The notes under the pieces: generated by a model
The model's input: only the letters and a program-made list of their open reading frames with translations
The model's database searches: none
Told to the model about the DNA's origin: nothing
NCBI GenBank assembly: GCA_001949185.1
Contig: BDGG01000002.1
Coordinates: 2,849,826-2,913,825 of the forward strand
Direction: 5' to 3'
Length of the DNA stretch: 64,000 bases
Origin: Ramazzottius varieornatus
Taxonomy: Eukaryota; Animalia; Tardigrada
Shown here: positions 52,064 to 64,000 of the stretch, one piece after another
Numbering within the stretch: position 1 is the stretch's first letter
Layout of the letters: each line of letters opens with the position of its first letter
Position numbers and translations under genes: made by a program

Positions 52064-52534
52064 GGGAGCACTGTTAACACTTACTTCACGAAAACACTGT
52101 AGAAAGACAGCTCTATCTGGTCACTTTCTTCGTATTATACTATCAGTGGACGCTTCACTCCCCCGTCACTGAAATTTAAGGTAAGCGTTCTGGCAGCGTC
52201 CAGATAACGCTCTGATGACAATGGCGGATAAGTGTCCTGTCGGTGGCTAGAGAGACCGTTATGACTCAATATGCGTTAAACACTGTTGGAATTTATTTTC
52301 GTTGAAAAGCAAATTACTGTATGGCCATAAGATGGAAACGCTTTTCCGACGCGGAACGATGGTCGTATCAATGTTGCAGCTAGACGGAGCAATTTCTTGA
52401 TGTACGAGCTAAAGGTTGTAACGTCGAAGGAACCGAAAAGTTGTTCCGGCGCGCATGATGATACAATTGAGCGCGATACCGATCACGTGGATCAATATGA
52501 TCAGGATAAAAGCTACATAAGCAGCGGTGGTGTA

Positions 52535-52814
52535 CGAGGGAAAGGTTGTAAACTTAGCCGCCCCATACCGGGGTTTGTAAAGTCAGCCACGGCTGTATCA
52601 TTTATCGGTTGCTTGACTAATTCATTGTCAAACTTGGGTTTTTTTGAATTCTCACGTTGACTGTACGAGTACCTGATACCATTCGACAGCCTATTAGTTT
52701 GAATATCAATATATCCATAAACGTCTGGGATTAACTAGGAGGGAACAGGCGGAACTTGGACGGCTAACTTTACAAACCCGGTATGGGGCGGCTAACTTCA
52801 CAACCTTTCCCTCG
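52535..52814. mobile_element. 280-bp mariner-type MITE
   Basis: TA|CGAGGGAAAGGTTGT..TTAGCCGCCCCATACCGGG ... CCCGGTATGGGGCGGCTAA..ACAACCTTTCCCTCG|TA. It abuts the 3' end of GPCR remnant C. Confidence 0.8.
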
Positions 52815-53030
52815 TAGGTCCTCAACGGCGGAACAGTAATGGTGAAATTGATAGGGTCGAGGCAACTTAGAGACTTGCAACCATGCCCAAAGACACATGA
52901 ATGCTTTGTTCTTGAACCTTAGATTCGGGTACAAGATACTCCACTGACTGCGAACACCATACTCTGATCATGAGCCCAGAATATGGTTGCATAAGACGCT
53001 ACCCAGGTTAGGACCATGCAGGTTCTTGAG
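52815..53030 (-). pseudogene. GPCR remnant C (TM6-TM7 only, frameshifted)
   Basis: Reads MVLTWVAS..IFWA, NKAF..AWLQV and LDPINFTITVPPLRT, homologous to copies A and B. Confidence 0.6.
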
Positions 53031-53196
53031 ATAGCACTTCCGATGCTTATAGGGTGAGTCGGTGCTACGTGAGGCACGAGGTTGTGGCTACACGAATAGA
53101 GTGTTCTCAATACGTGTGGAAGCGAAATCACCGAGCATGTACAGTATCGCCTTGCCAAAGTGCCGGAAGATACATTGAGTGTGCGGCTGGTTATAA

Positions 53197-53893
53197 TTAA
53201 TCCAACCCTAGCCATTTCTTCATTTGAGCTCTCAAGGGCGGAACAGTGACGATGAACATGATAGGATCCAGACAATTGGCGACCTCCAGCCACGCACAGA
53301 GTCCCAGGAATGCTTTGTTGTTGAACCAGGGATTTGGATACAGGAATACTTCACTGCCAGAGTACACCACATTCGGTGCCCAGAACACTGTCGCACAAGA
53401 CGCTATCTAGGTCAGGACCACGAAACTGTTCGAGATGGACTTTGCACGTCTATTTGGTCGAAAATCATGCGCCGGCTCTGGATCGTGCTCCTCTAGATGC
53501 GAGATTGCTTCAGCCCGTGTGGAAGCTTTACCCTGCACTGCTAAGGCTGGATGCCGTTTTCGTCCAGTGGTTATTGATGGGACTCGCTGACTCGTGGTGG
53601 GAATTCTGTTACCGCCTAAAGAGACCCTGATACGGTGTCTGGCCCGCTGTTTGAGACAAAGGATCGGGTAGGTGGCTATTACGAAGGCAGTTGGTGACAC
53701 GAAGAGGAACAAGACGATGAGAGAAAGTGTGTACTGCTTGTAGGTCAGGAGCCGACAAACCACGATGGGTTCTTGCAGGAACGGTTTGTTCAAGATAACC
53801 CACGGTAGGATAAGCGACGCACTGTTGACTGAAACCAAGTATCAGGCTATCCGTATACTCTTGCTGTCTCTTGCCCTTAAGACCTTCCGGCAT
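53197..53893 (-). pseudogene. GPCR remnant B (TM4-TM7, frameshifted)
   Basis: Reads SLILPWVIL, VIATYPILCLKQRAR and FWAPNVVY...NKAFLGLCAWLEVANCLDPIMFIVTVPPLRAQMKK, split across frames. Confidence 0.65.
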
Positions 53894-54186
53894 ATTCCAG
53901 GCTAACCTTGCTCAAGATGGGAAAAGAAATACGTAATAAGGAACGAAATCTGGAATGACTGTATTCCGTATTTTGCACTGCGAGATTTTACTTGCTCACG
54001 TCACAGGGCTAGTTTCTGCTATGAAATTTTGTCCAGACCAATAATTAGGCCAGCCGCGTGTACTTGAATGAAGTTTCATTTGGCAGAGGTCACAAATTGG
54101 TGGCATAATCAAGAAGAACCATTGCTAAAGTGTTTAAACAGGAACCTGCGGTGATATCTGCTCAATTCTCACCTGAGACCCAGTAG

Positions 54187-55411
54187 TTATTTTACCTGAG
54201 TTCGCAAGTGCGGGACGGTAGCGATGAACACCAATGGTTCTAGACAGGTGGCGACCTCTAGCCAGACACACAAGTTTACGTATGCTTTGTTAACGAAGAA
54301 AGGATTCGGGTGTACGAAGACTTCGCTGACAGCATACGTCACGCTTGGTGTCCAGAAGAATGTGGCAGAAAAAGCCACCGACGTCAAAACGAGAAAACTG
54401 TTCGAGAAAATGGGCTTCCGGCGCTTAGAGCGACTGGGTAGTGCTTGGCTGGAATATCTTGGCGGCGGATCGCCTGCAGGGTGGTCCTGGTGAAGGCTTA
54501 CTTCGAGTTGTGAGCTCGAGGATCCTGCAATACAAATTCCATGCCACATGGATAATTTGAACAAAGGGGACTGTTTCAAAATTCACTGTACTCGTACTGT
54601 ATTCCACAGTATCATTAAGCTTCTCTTAGTCTTGACTATTGATGAACACATGTTAGGGACTGACTAACTTCGAGTCGTATTCACTCATAGAAGGCCGTTT
54701 TCGATTGCTTGGGATTGGACTGTCCTTTGCTGTCCGCCGGTTTTTATTGGCAGTCAGCGAAGCTCCGACTCGTTTCTTAGCCCGGTCCCTGCTGTACAAG
54801 ATGGGGTATATTCCGATAACGTAACTGTCGCCAGGACAAACAACATCAGGATGACTGTAGAGAATAAGTACTGATCGACAGTCTGAATTCGGCAAAGAAG
54901 GAGAGATTCTTGCAGGAGAGCTTCTTGTCAAAATAGCCCATGGTAAAATTATAGCCCAGCTCCCAATCCGTAGCGAACAGAAGAGAACGATCGTGACCGC
55001 ACGGCTATTGGGGATTCGGTAGTGATGGGGGAACAGCAAGGCCTATGTCCGGTTGACGCTGATGAGGAAGTGCGCGTTACTGGCAACGGCAAGTCAGTAG
55101 AAGAACATGAAGGATACATCCGTACAGCCCCGAATGCTGAGAGGCCAGTAGCCGTAGTACGCTTGGATGACGACAAAGGTTTGGTACGTAGAAAGTAGCA
55201 GTTCCGAGGCAAGGGTACTGATGCGGTGATAGTTGAATGGTGTTCGGAGAGCCGGCAGAGTGGCGAAAGGCAAAAGAGAGACCGCGGTGCCGAAGAAAGT
55301 AATCAGCGCTTGGATGGAACTTATCACCACGTGGGCAGTTCTTGATTCAAAGAGTGAAGCGTTGATTGATACATCTGATACGAGCAAGTAGTTGAGTGAA
55401 CGATTCCGCAT
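54187..55411 (-). pseudogene. Divergent class A GPCR pseudogene, copy A
   Basis: Reads LRTPFNY, YGYWPL..RGC, ISVNRT*ALLFPHHYR, IILPWAIL, FFWTP and WLEVATCLEPLVFIATVPHLR, with in-frame stops (for example 55094) and frameshifts. Confidence 0.7.
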
Positions 55412-56112
55412 GATTGGTGGGAATCTAGAACTCGCTCATATACTTCGAATAAAGCGGTTTCCGGTAGGCCGTACAATTTGTAAAACGGGGTGTGAAGTCT
55501 AGTTCGTTTCCCTTTTCCACGACAGCGTGTTTAGATGGAAGTTCCGCATGTACGTGGGAGATTGGACTACATACTGTACGTCCATAAAACAAGTTGGTAA
55601 GCATAATAAGCATCCGTACGCAGCCTCATAATATTTTTATAATACATTTGAATTATCGGGATGAGCAAGCGTCAGGTGACTGCTTTGAAGAAAGACTGAA
55701 ACATGCAACAGTTAAATCCGTCTAATTTTGTCGGAAGGCCGACTGCGTACCATTGTCGCTGAATGCTCGGCCAGCACCCGAATGTTTCGGTTTCCCTGAG
55801 TATCCATTGGACAAGCTCTCTGCACACTTGATAGTGTTTCTGAATACCCAAAGGAACAGGAAGTAGTCCTCTTGACACGCAACGGGACAAGCCTAAAAGC
55901 ACTCAGATCCTGCTGACTACACAATAATGGAGGATTTGCTGGGTAAACAAACGTTAGCCTGTGCGGCAAGGCTCAGGGTGTCGAATTCACCCACCGTCTA
56001 ATCGACTGACCTTTGTTCACCAAGAACAATAACAAGAAGAGAGGAAACATCGCTCATATTTCGGTTAGCGGGAACTTTGGGCGCTTTCGACGATGCGCAG
56101 TGGCGTAAAACG

Positions 56113-57692
56113 TTACAATGCATGTAGGGGAGTCTTAAAGTTCAGAGTACCGCCTCGAGCCTGCTCCATCCTCCTATGCTGCTCTGCCGCTTTCAGCATC
56201 GCAAAGTTCTCCTCAGCGCCTTCGTTCCCGAGTTCCCTCTCCGCAAGGACACTGTGCCGTCCGGTGTGGATGGCGGTCTTCTCGACAACCGACCGTTTCC
56301 CACGGTACTGATGAGCGTAGTCTTTAGGGACCTGAGACGGTACATCGTTGAAGCGTTGTTGGGACGACAACGAGCTCAGTGCGCCGTTGGGCGTCTGGAC
56401 GATAGGGGGCGCATGGGCGACTACAGCTCCATAGCCGACACGGCAACATTGCACCCATTCTACTCTCCATTCACCGTGAATAGGACTCTTCTTCTTGGAA
56501 ATACCCGTGTAGACGTATCCAGTGGCGCACATCATCAGGTAGAATTGGGCGTCGTAGTATTCCCAGTACTAGGAGAAGAGGCTCAACTTTTCTGCACATC
56601 GTCAACATACAGTACTTCAGGGAATTTGGACATGATGACATTGGCGCCTTTATAATTCGCACCTGGTCGTGAGTTTGCCGGTAGTAACATGAGACGTAGT
56701 CGACATAGTATCCTACGTAAAAATGGTGTAAAGACAGCCTGACCGAGGTGGCTATGTAGACTCCCTAACCTGGTGGCGTCTTGCAGCACTTGTAAAAGTT
56801 GTCATCGTCGATTCTTGCGCGATAGACCCAGAATGCGGCATCATCGTCCCATAATGCTGTAGAGTCAACATACTCAGTACATCATAGTCGGTGTAAATAG
56901 TAATGAGTTGAAGTACATCAAGACTTTTAGGGTTTTCATACCGGTCATGAAGCTATTACTGGTGACGGTGTGGTTTCCGGGATCGTAGCAGAAGAACTGA
57001 TTCTTGTAATTTCGCACGTGACATCTGCAAATTTCATACATATTAACAGCTAAGCATGCTGTCGTTGGATCTATTGGGATAATTTCTGACGCCGGCGGAC
57101 TTACAGTGGGTAGTATGGGTACACGCCGGTGTAGGATGGTTTATATGGAAAAAGGAACTTGCACCAAACACTTGCAATCGACTGCAAGGAGAACAAAAAA
57201 CCGTAGAAAATGGCCGCACCGAAGAGGGGAATTCCCAAACTGAAGACTGTAACCGTACCCCGAAATCAAAGACCATGTCCCTGCAAGAAGAATGTTCGTG
57301 TCGCAGTTGGATGTCAAAGTTAGTGCAGGATGTATTGCGTTTTCGTGACATACTGAATAGAAATCATGGCTTCTCCATCCAAGCACTCCACCTGCCACTT
57401 CGCACCAGGTGTGTTGGGTCCGCCATTAGCGTGTGAGGTACTTATGACCGTATCTCCCTGAAGTTGGTAAAGTCCATTACACGAAGTAACTCAATGTCAC
57501 CAACAGGAAAGCGCAAAACTTTCTAGGAAAATAACTTACCGTACCGTAACTTCTGTAGGTCCCATAGTAGAAAGGTGTGCTGGTGACTTTCGAAACCCAG
57601 ATCAAAAATATTCCTAGCTTGGTCCATACCTCCGGAAAATTCAAACCGGCGATGGTCAAAATAATCATCTTGATTGATTGGGAGAATCTCAT
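56113..57692 (-). CDS. Secreted Cys/Tyr-rich protein, family member P1
   Basis: Spliced: FYYGTYRSYGT|GDTVI..KWQVECLDGEAMISI..VWCKFLFPYKP..YPYYPHCHVRNYKNQFFCY..YKCCKTPPGYYVDYVSCYY..WEYYD..CATGYVYTGISKK..VEWVQCCRVGYG. Confidence 0.8.
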
Positions 57693-58155
57693 GTACTGCA
57701 CCAACGCATCAGACTTGGGTCTGCTGCAGGTCGACCTACACCTTCAACTGCTTGTGCGCCATCAGCACTCGATCGAAAAAATGAGGCGGAAGAGTATTCG
57801 CCGACTCGTTAAATGCGCTGCGGGCGAAGCGATTCTTCGAGATTCAGAATATTGCCTGATACCCCAAGGGATCCACGTTTATTCACACTCCGGGCTATGT
57901 GTCCGCCAAAGCGCGTACCACTTACGATGAGATATCCGTCATCTGTAAAAAGGTCATTGGGTCAATGCCATCAGCCCGAATAGTTTCATTAATGGGCGTA
58001 TGACATTGGAGACCACCATCAGATCTGCTGATGGGAGGTAGATCGGTAATCTATTACAGAAACCTAAGCTAAAGTTCAACAACTTCAACGAACAATGAGT
58101 TCCACCAGTAAACGGCAGAAACCGACACGAAAAAAACAGCAAGGGGGAACGGAAG

Positions 58156-59795
58156 CTAGGTTTTCACCGTTGGCTTCTGTGGATTTATCGCCAGACCATC
58201 CAAATTTTTGAAAATTCCCTTCAAGTCTGCAGGTGTTCTCGCCTTTCCTGACACCCCGTCGAACGGTCCTCCAAGACCCGCTGTCGGGGAAGCCTGCGTG
58301 ACGTTGGTATACGGTGCCGGCGAGTATCCACTGTCCGCGTAAGCCTGATTCGGCACTCCGCCACTGTAACTGCTCTGTATCGGTTCTTTACTGGAGCTAT
58401 AGCTCGATGCAACAGGAGGGGGACGAGGTAGCGCAATACGCACTGCTAACAGCTTTTCGCGCGGGCCGAAACCTAGGCGGCAGCACTGTATCCTGAAATG
58501 TCAGCTTTAGTCAACGTACGGCTAATTTTTCAGGGCGACGCTTTTGATACCATTCGATGTGGTACTCTTGGGTTACGGGATGTGCTTTTTTCGCCAGGCC
58601 TGTCATCACGTAACCGGTGGCGCAGTAAACCAGGAAGTAACCCCCGGAGAGTTGGATTGGAGAGTCATAGTATTCCCAAAATCTGCAAATTTATACCGCG
58701 CTGACAGAGTGAGCATATGCATGGTACAATCAGTAAATTGAGATTTGGCGGGAAGACTTACTGGTCGTGGGTCGGCATGTAGTAGCATGAACTGTAATCG
58801 ATGTAGTATCCTGTATAACGACAATGTGGAAATAACTCAACCAATGGGGCTGCGTAGGTAATCTGACCTGTCGGGGCTTTGCAGCACTTGTAGGGTGCGC
58901 TGTCGTCCACGAAGGGACGGTAAAGGTTGAAGGAGAATTCATTATCAAAAAAAGCTGAAAAGCAGAACCAACTCAAAAAGGTTATGGAAATCTTCATCAC
59001 CTTCCATTTCTGTGAAGCGTGGTCGTACATATGTAGAAAAATGTGTGAACTGAGTCTGAAGTCAATCTGATGCTCAGTGTCGCACTGGGTTTTGAGCTAA
59101 CCTGTGATGAATGAGTCGACGGCAGCGTCGTGAAACCTGGGTGTGTAGCAGAAGAATTGCGTGGTGAAATTTTTGGTGAAGCAACTGAAAGAAAAATCGT
59201 TGGATGGAACGTAACCAAGCCGACGTGCAGAACAGAGCATCCAACTATACTTTGGATAGAAAGGATAGATCCCGTTCGTCGGAGGTTTATATGGCATCAT
59301 GAACTTGCACCAAACCGAACCAATCGACTATCAGGAAGGAGAAAGTGAGTAAGATGAACAGAGCGGTCGCATTGGCGATCGAACATATTGGCGATCGAAT
59401 TTTCAGCTTACAGTAAAGTCGTTGAAAGCATCCCTGCAAAGTAAAAACATTAAAACACTAGGGAAGCCAGTAATTCATTTGACTGGCCGATATCAACAAG
59501 TTAAAGGATGTTAAAAGCTTACAAGATACCGATGACAGCCTCTCCGTCCAAACATTCAACGTTCCACTTTCGGTTGGCAGCTTCCGGTCCCGGTCCTCCA
59601 TGAGCTTGCAAAGTAGCGATTATATTATCTCCCTACAAACATGGTCTGAAGACCCTATCCACACAAGATCCCGTCAAGGTGTCTTACCGATCCGAAGACT
59701 GTGTATGAGCGATAGTATCCAGGAGTGCACTTCGCTAAAGTTGCCCAGAGTAGAATCGACACTAGTGACGTCACAAGCAATACTCTTAGTTCCAT
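58156..59795 (-). CDS. Secreted Cys/Tyr-rich protein, family member P2
   Basis: Signal peptide MELRVLLVTSLVSILLWATLA, then GYYRSYTVFGS|GDNII..KWNVECLDGEAVIGI..VWCKFMMPYKP..QFFCY..YKCCKAPTGYYIDYSSCYYMPTHD..WEYYD..CATGYVMTG..IEWIQCCRLGFG and a Y/S/P/G tail. Confidence 0.82.
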
Positions 59796-60025
59796 AATAA
59801 ATAAAAGATCTCGGCTGCCGTACAATGCCTAAACGCTCGTTGGAAAAAGTACTTTGAGAAGAGCAATGTCGCCTATTGCTTGCCTGAAGGCACTCTTCGG
59901 TCGCATCTTTTTCGCTTTGAGCGATCAAATCAATCAAGATTACATGCTACTTCCGTGTGTGAATATCTTGTTCAGCATCAGCCATAACAAACATGTCATT
60001 CGAACGTTTTCTATTCAACCACTTT

Positions 60026-61490
60026 TTAGGGTATTGAGTTAATTTCGATCGGACGATACACAGCAGTAGAAGCAGAGCCGCTTTTCTCAATGGGCCTAAA
60101 AAAATTATTAACTTGAGAAACAACTCGACTATACATTGAATTCACATCAGGATCCAGATCGACCGTGCTGTTAAGTTTCACAGGACTCATTCCCACACCA
60201 TGCAAATCTTTATTGGTATACACATATCCATCTTCATGGTCGTCCACGGCGTATCTCGCCTTGTCCGGGTCCTCCGCGAACCTCGAATACGACATCGCGC
60301 CCTTAGGTCTTGGCCGGTCGTAGTTATAGGCTCTGATGTTCTGATAACTGTTGGTGGAGCTTGCGTAGGTTGAATTATAAGCCACACTGCCGTTATAAGG
60401 CGGAGGTTGGAGAGGAATGATGCCGAAGCCCACTCGGCAACACTGGATCCAATCCATGTGGGAGTCGGGCTTTTTGTAAGGGTTGATACGCTTGGTGATG
60501 CCTGTCATGACGTACCCGGTGGCGCAGAAGATCAGAAAGTAGTTGGGCGTGTCGTAGTACTCCCAGAAGACGTCGCGGGTGGGTTGGTAGTAGCAGGCCG
60601 TGTAGTCCAGGTAATATCCATGGGGTGTTTTACAGCATTTGTATGGAGCAACATTGTCGGCAATGAGTCGACTGATGATGAAGTTCCATTGTTTGCCCCA
60701 AACACCTTTACGAGATAAGACTGGAAAAGCCTGCAGAGTTAAAACAAGGAAGGCTGGATAGTGTCGTACCGGTTATGAAAGTGTTGACGGTCCTTTGGTG
60801 CGCTTGTGGAGTGTAGCAGAAAAACTGGGTTGTCATGTTCCGTACGTGGCAGCTGCAAGATGTTCGAGGTTACATGCAACGAGACCAGAAAGTGTACGAA
60901 CTGAGAACATTTATTGATAGCCATTTTTCTACAATATTTTCACCGACCTGGGGTAGTATGGATACGCTCCTTGGGCTGGCGGTTTGTAAGGGAACATGAA
61001 TTTGCACCAGACATACCATATCCTCTGCAGAAGAGGACTTAAAAAGGTTGGTTTCTTTGACATGCGACTGAGTCAGACGACAGTTGTCAGATTCGTACCG
61101 TGAAATCATCTGCGTTGTCCCTGTAAATGAATTAATTCCAGGTATAAGAGCCTGGATTTTATGATCATAATAAATATTGTGGACCTCACTTACAAAAGTC
61201 CGACCATTGCTTCTCCGTCTAAGCACTCTACGTTCCATTTCCGCCCTGCTAGCTGATTACCGAAGTGCATGTTCCATGTCTGGATGATGGTATCACCCTG
61301 AAGACCACGCGCTCGAACATTCGTCGAATATAATAGCTATTACTTCCCATCGCGGATCTTAAGCTTGAGGGAGATTTACCGTTCCATAGAGTGTGTAGGC
61401 TTTGTAGTATCCGAACGTGGCCCAGACGCTTCCTACGCCCAAAGCACAAAATATACAAAGACTTGAAAGATAACGGAGATTTCCGGCCAT
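60026..61490 (-). CDS. Secreted Cys/Tyr-rich protein, family member P3
   Basis: Signal peptide MAGNLRYLSSLCIFCALGVGSVWA, then GYYKAYTLYGT|GDTII..KWNVECLDGEAMVGL..VWCKFMFPYKP..CHVRNMTTQFFCY..YKCCKTPHGYYLDYTACYYQPTRDVFWEYYD..CATGYVMTGI..MDWIQCCRVGFG. Confidence 0.82.
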
Positions 61491-62071
61491 CAGGCCTAGG
61501 GCTGCGCGGGTACAAGAGGTGGAGCTTCAGCAGCCAGCTTCCGGTCGCAGTAAATTATTCACCGTTCTATAAGCCTTTTACATTGTAAAAAAACCAACAT
61601 GCCAGGCAGAGAGTCTGCAAACAGCTCGGCGAAGCAATCATCTAGCCGGTGGTTGATTTACCCCCGAAGGCAGATTCTGGTAGCTGAGCATGAGTATCGA
61701 CAAAACAAAAGCCTGCTGGCGGTTAGATGTCTAGTTCGCCGACCGAAGTAGCAAGAAAGCTCCCTGCATACCGGAAATTTTGTTCCTCTGAAGGAGGTTA
61801 GATAGCTGAAACCTCGGTCGTGAGGTTAAAAACTAGAACTTCTTTCGGTATGGAGCCAACGGCGAACCGCGCTAGCACGGAAAACTTGTCGGTTGTGTCT
61901 GTATTGCACAAGCTGGGGTAGTCATCAGCCTGTTTTCTTTAAATCTTTGTAACCATGCATATTTGTGCCCATTCTGGAGGTTCAATTCTTTCAGCACTTA
62001 AGAAAAAAAATATTCCATCGCAAAACTAATCGAAAGTAACAACTTCAACAACAATCAATAACGAACTGCGT

Positions 62072-63694
62072 CTACATGTTTTGAGAATGCGTGTCAAGTC
62101 CAGATGACGTTCTTAAGATATCTTGTTCTTGCTTCTTTTCATCTTCCATGGATCTGTAGGAAGCTCCATATGATCCTGCTGTTTGGCCTGTGTGACCGGT
62201 GCCATAAGGTGTATCGTAGTTTGATCCACCGGCATATGACCCGGGAGTGGCTGGAGCGTAGTTGCTGCCTCCTGCGTACGGCGACGGTCCGGCGTCGTAC
62301 TGATCCCCTCTTTGCCGCCCAATGTTCCCTGAACTATACTGTGACGCATAGGCTGCAGGTGGTCGGTTCGGGTAGCTGGCATTCGCATAATTGTGGTAGG
62401 AAAGACGGGCCATGGTTGAGTTTTTGTACTTGCTTGCTGAGAACATCGGTACTGCACCGAAGCCTATCCGGCAACAATGAATCCTATGCAACATGCATTG
62501 ATATGATCAACCACCTTTGCAAAGTTAAAAGAAGAACCCGGCTACCATTCGATGTGGTAGTCCATGCTGAAAGGACTGATCTTCTTCGCAATACCGGTCA
62601 TTGCATACCCCGATGCGCAGTAGATCAGCATGACGTTTGTCGCGTCATAGTATTCGCCTGCGCCACATGGCAAGAATTTTTTTCTGTACATGAAAAGGAT
62701 TGAACATAGTTATGTGGATGATTTATACCGTATTGATCTCTGGTCGGCATGTAATAACAGGAGGCGTAGTCGACGTAGTACCCTATAATAAAAATGGTAT
62801 AGCGACACCCTAACCCAATGTGACCGTGTAGACACCGTAACCTCGCGGGGTTCGACAGCATTTGTATGCATTGATGTCATCGACAATTTTACGGTTGACG
62901 AAGAACTGCGACTCATCATCCCAGAAACCTAGCGAACAAAAGGTAGCGTTGGACGTAGCACCGGTGGTTATGAATTTGGACGAGAGGATCTACCGGTGAC
63001 GAAAGAGTCGACCGAGTTATCATGGTACTTTGGACTGTAGCAGTAAAACTGAAACGTGTAGTTCTTCACAAAGCAGCTGCAAAGAGAACACGATGTATGC
63101 TACCGGCAGCGTTCCCAAGTTCAGCCCTCACGAAGACCTTACTCGGGATAGTAAGGATACACCCCATTGGCAAATGGCTTATAGGGAAAAAGAAATTTGC
63201 ACCAGACGTTGACAATCTTCTGGAAGTCGTCCACGAGGTCCCTGTGGAGTGCGACAGATTAGGATGGTGCGCAAACAAGACAGTGAGAAACAAAAGGATG
63301 CCGGTTTGCTATTGATATATCGCATCTGTACTTACCCGATTCCGATTACGGCTTCTCCTGCTCTACAACAACAGTGTTCGTCATCAGTAAATCATGTCAG
63401 CAAGCTACAGTAGATAGCGACGCAGTGCTCCAACTTACCGTCCAAGCATTCCACATTCCACCTTCTTTTTCCATGATTGAGTCCCCCATGGGCGTGAAAT
63501 GTGTTTATTATCGTGTCACCCTGACAAACCAGAAACGAATTACTTCAGGGACCATACCTTCGTTCTGGTACTCTTACTGTTCCAAATACGGTATACGTTC
63601 CATAGTATCGATTGGTCGTAAGGACGAGAGGAATAGCAATAACGAAAATTCCAGTAGCAAAGACAAGAGCTGTCTTTAACTTCGGTGTTCCCAT
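62072..63694 (-). CDS. Secreted Cys/Tyr-rich protein, family member P4
   Basis: Signal peptide MGTPKLKTALVFATGIFVIAIPLVLT, then RYYGTYTVFGT|GDTII..RWNVECLDGEAVIGI..VWCKFLFPYKP..QFYCY..YKCCRTPRGYYVDYASCYYMPTRD..CASGYAMTGIAKK..IEWIHCCRIGFG. The tail carries YAGGSNY twice. Confidence 0.82.
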
Positions 63695-64000
63695 CCCGCC
63701 GATTTGCCTATTGAGCTTTTTCCTTGAACAATAGGAATTTGATAGCCATACCGGAATGAGCAGTAGGCGGATATAAAAGTGCTGTTCATCACGCCACGGG
63801 CCACGAAGAGCCTCAGCCACCGTCTTCAAGGCCACAGGCGAACCTGAAGTTCAGCTTTCCGATTATGCTCGCTACACGATCGACGAACTGAGACGCGCAA
63901 AGACACGAACAACTTGTCTATCGCAGATCATCGGAAATTTAACCGCCGCCATCGGAAGCGATCATACTGTGATGAGCCCCAATCAACAAAATAGCGAAAG

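Noticed and set aside
56520-56531. CAGTGGCGCAC resembling a palindrome arm (also GGTGGCGCAG near 60518)
   Set aside because: It lies in coding sequence for the conserved CATG peptide and has no partner arm 25 nt away, so it is coincidental.
58630-58670. Apparent frameshift in P2 after WEYYDSP
   Set aside because: Recounting the G run shows an in-frame insertion (SPIQLSGGYFLVYC), so the gene looks intact.

Overview
This is intron-rich animal (ecdysozoan) DNA with dense genes and mostly short GT-AG introns. The gene content and intron style suggest a tardigrade (Ramazzottius/Hypsibius-like), which is an inference. From 5' to 3' the window holds: the 3' end of a probable allatostatin-C-type neuropeptide precursor; a degenerate sugar-transporter 3' duplicate; an SLC2/GLUT-type transporter; PGM3 with a large acidic repeat insertion; a small secreted low-complexity protein; c-Jun with an AP-1 site cluster; a corazonin-receptor-like GPCR; a dense, triply nested MITE cluster (20.2-25.1 kb); a secreted protein with two 6-Cys domains and a mucin tail; SKOR/fussel; an orphan gene; a full-length hAT transposon with one nonsense codon; a CRE-like retroelement remnant; an orphan class A GPCR; a DDX5/17-like helicase with WG repeats and a premature stop; two more GLUT paralogues; three decaying GPCR copies; and four tandem paralogues of a secreted Cys/Tyr-rich protein family I do not recognise. 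The main unexplained signals are (1) a dispersed ~80-bp palindrome (CAAGTGGCGCAC-N~25-GTGCGCCACTTG) found at about 14 mostly intronic sites, (2) the four-gene secreted family, (3) a 115-bp perfect gene-conversion tract between two GLUT paralogues, and (4) the PGM3 insertion. Exon boundaries were read by eye and are approximate.
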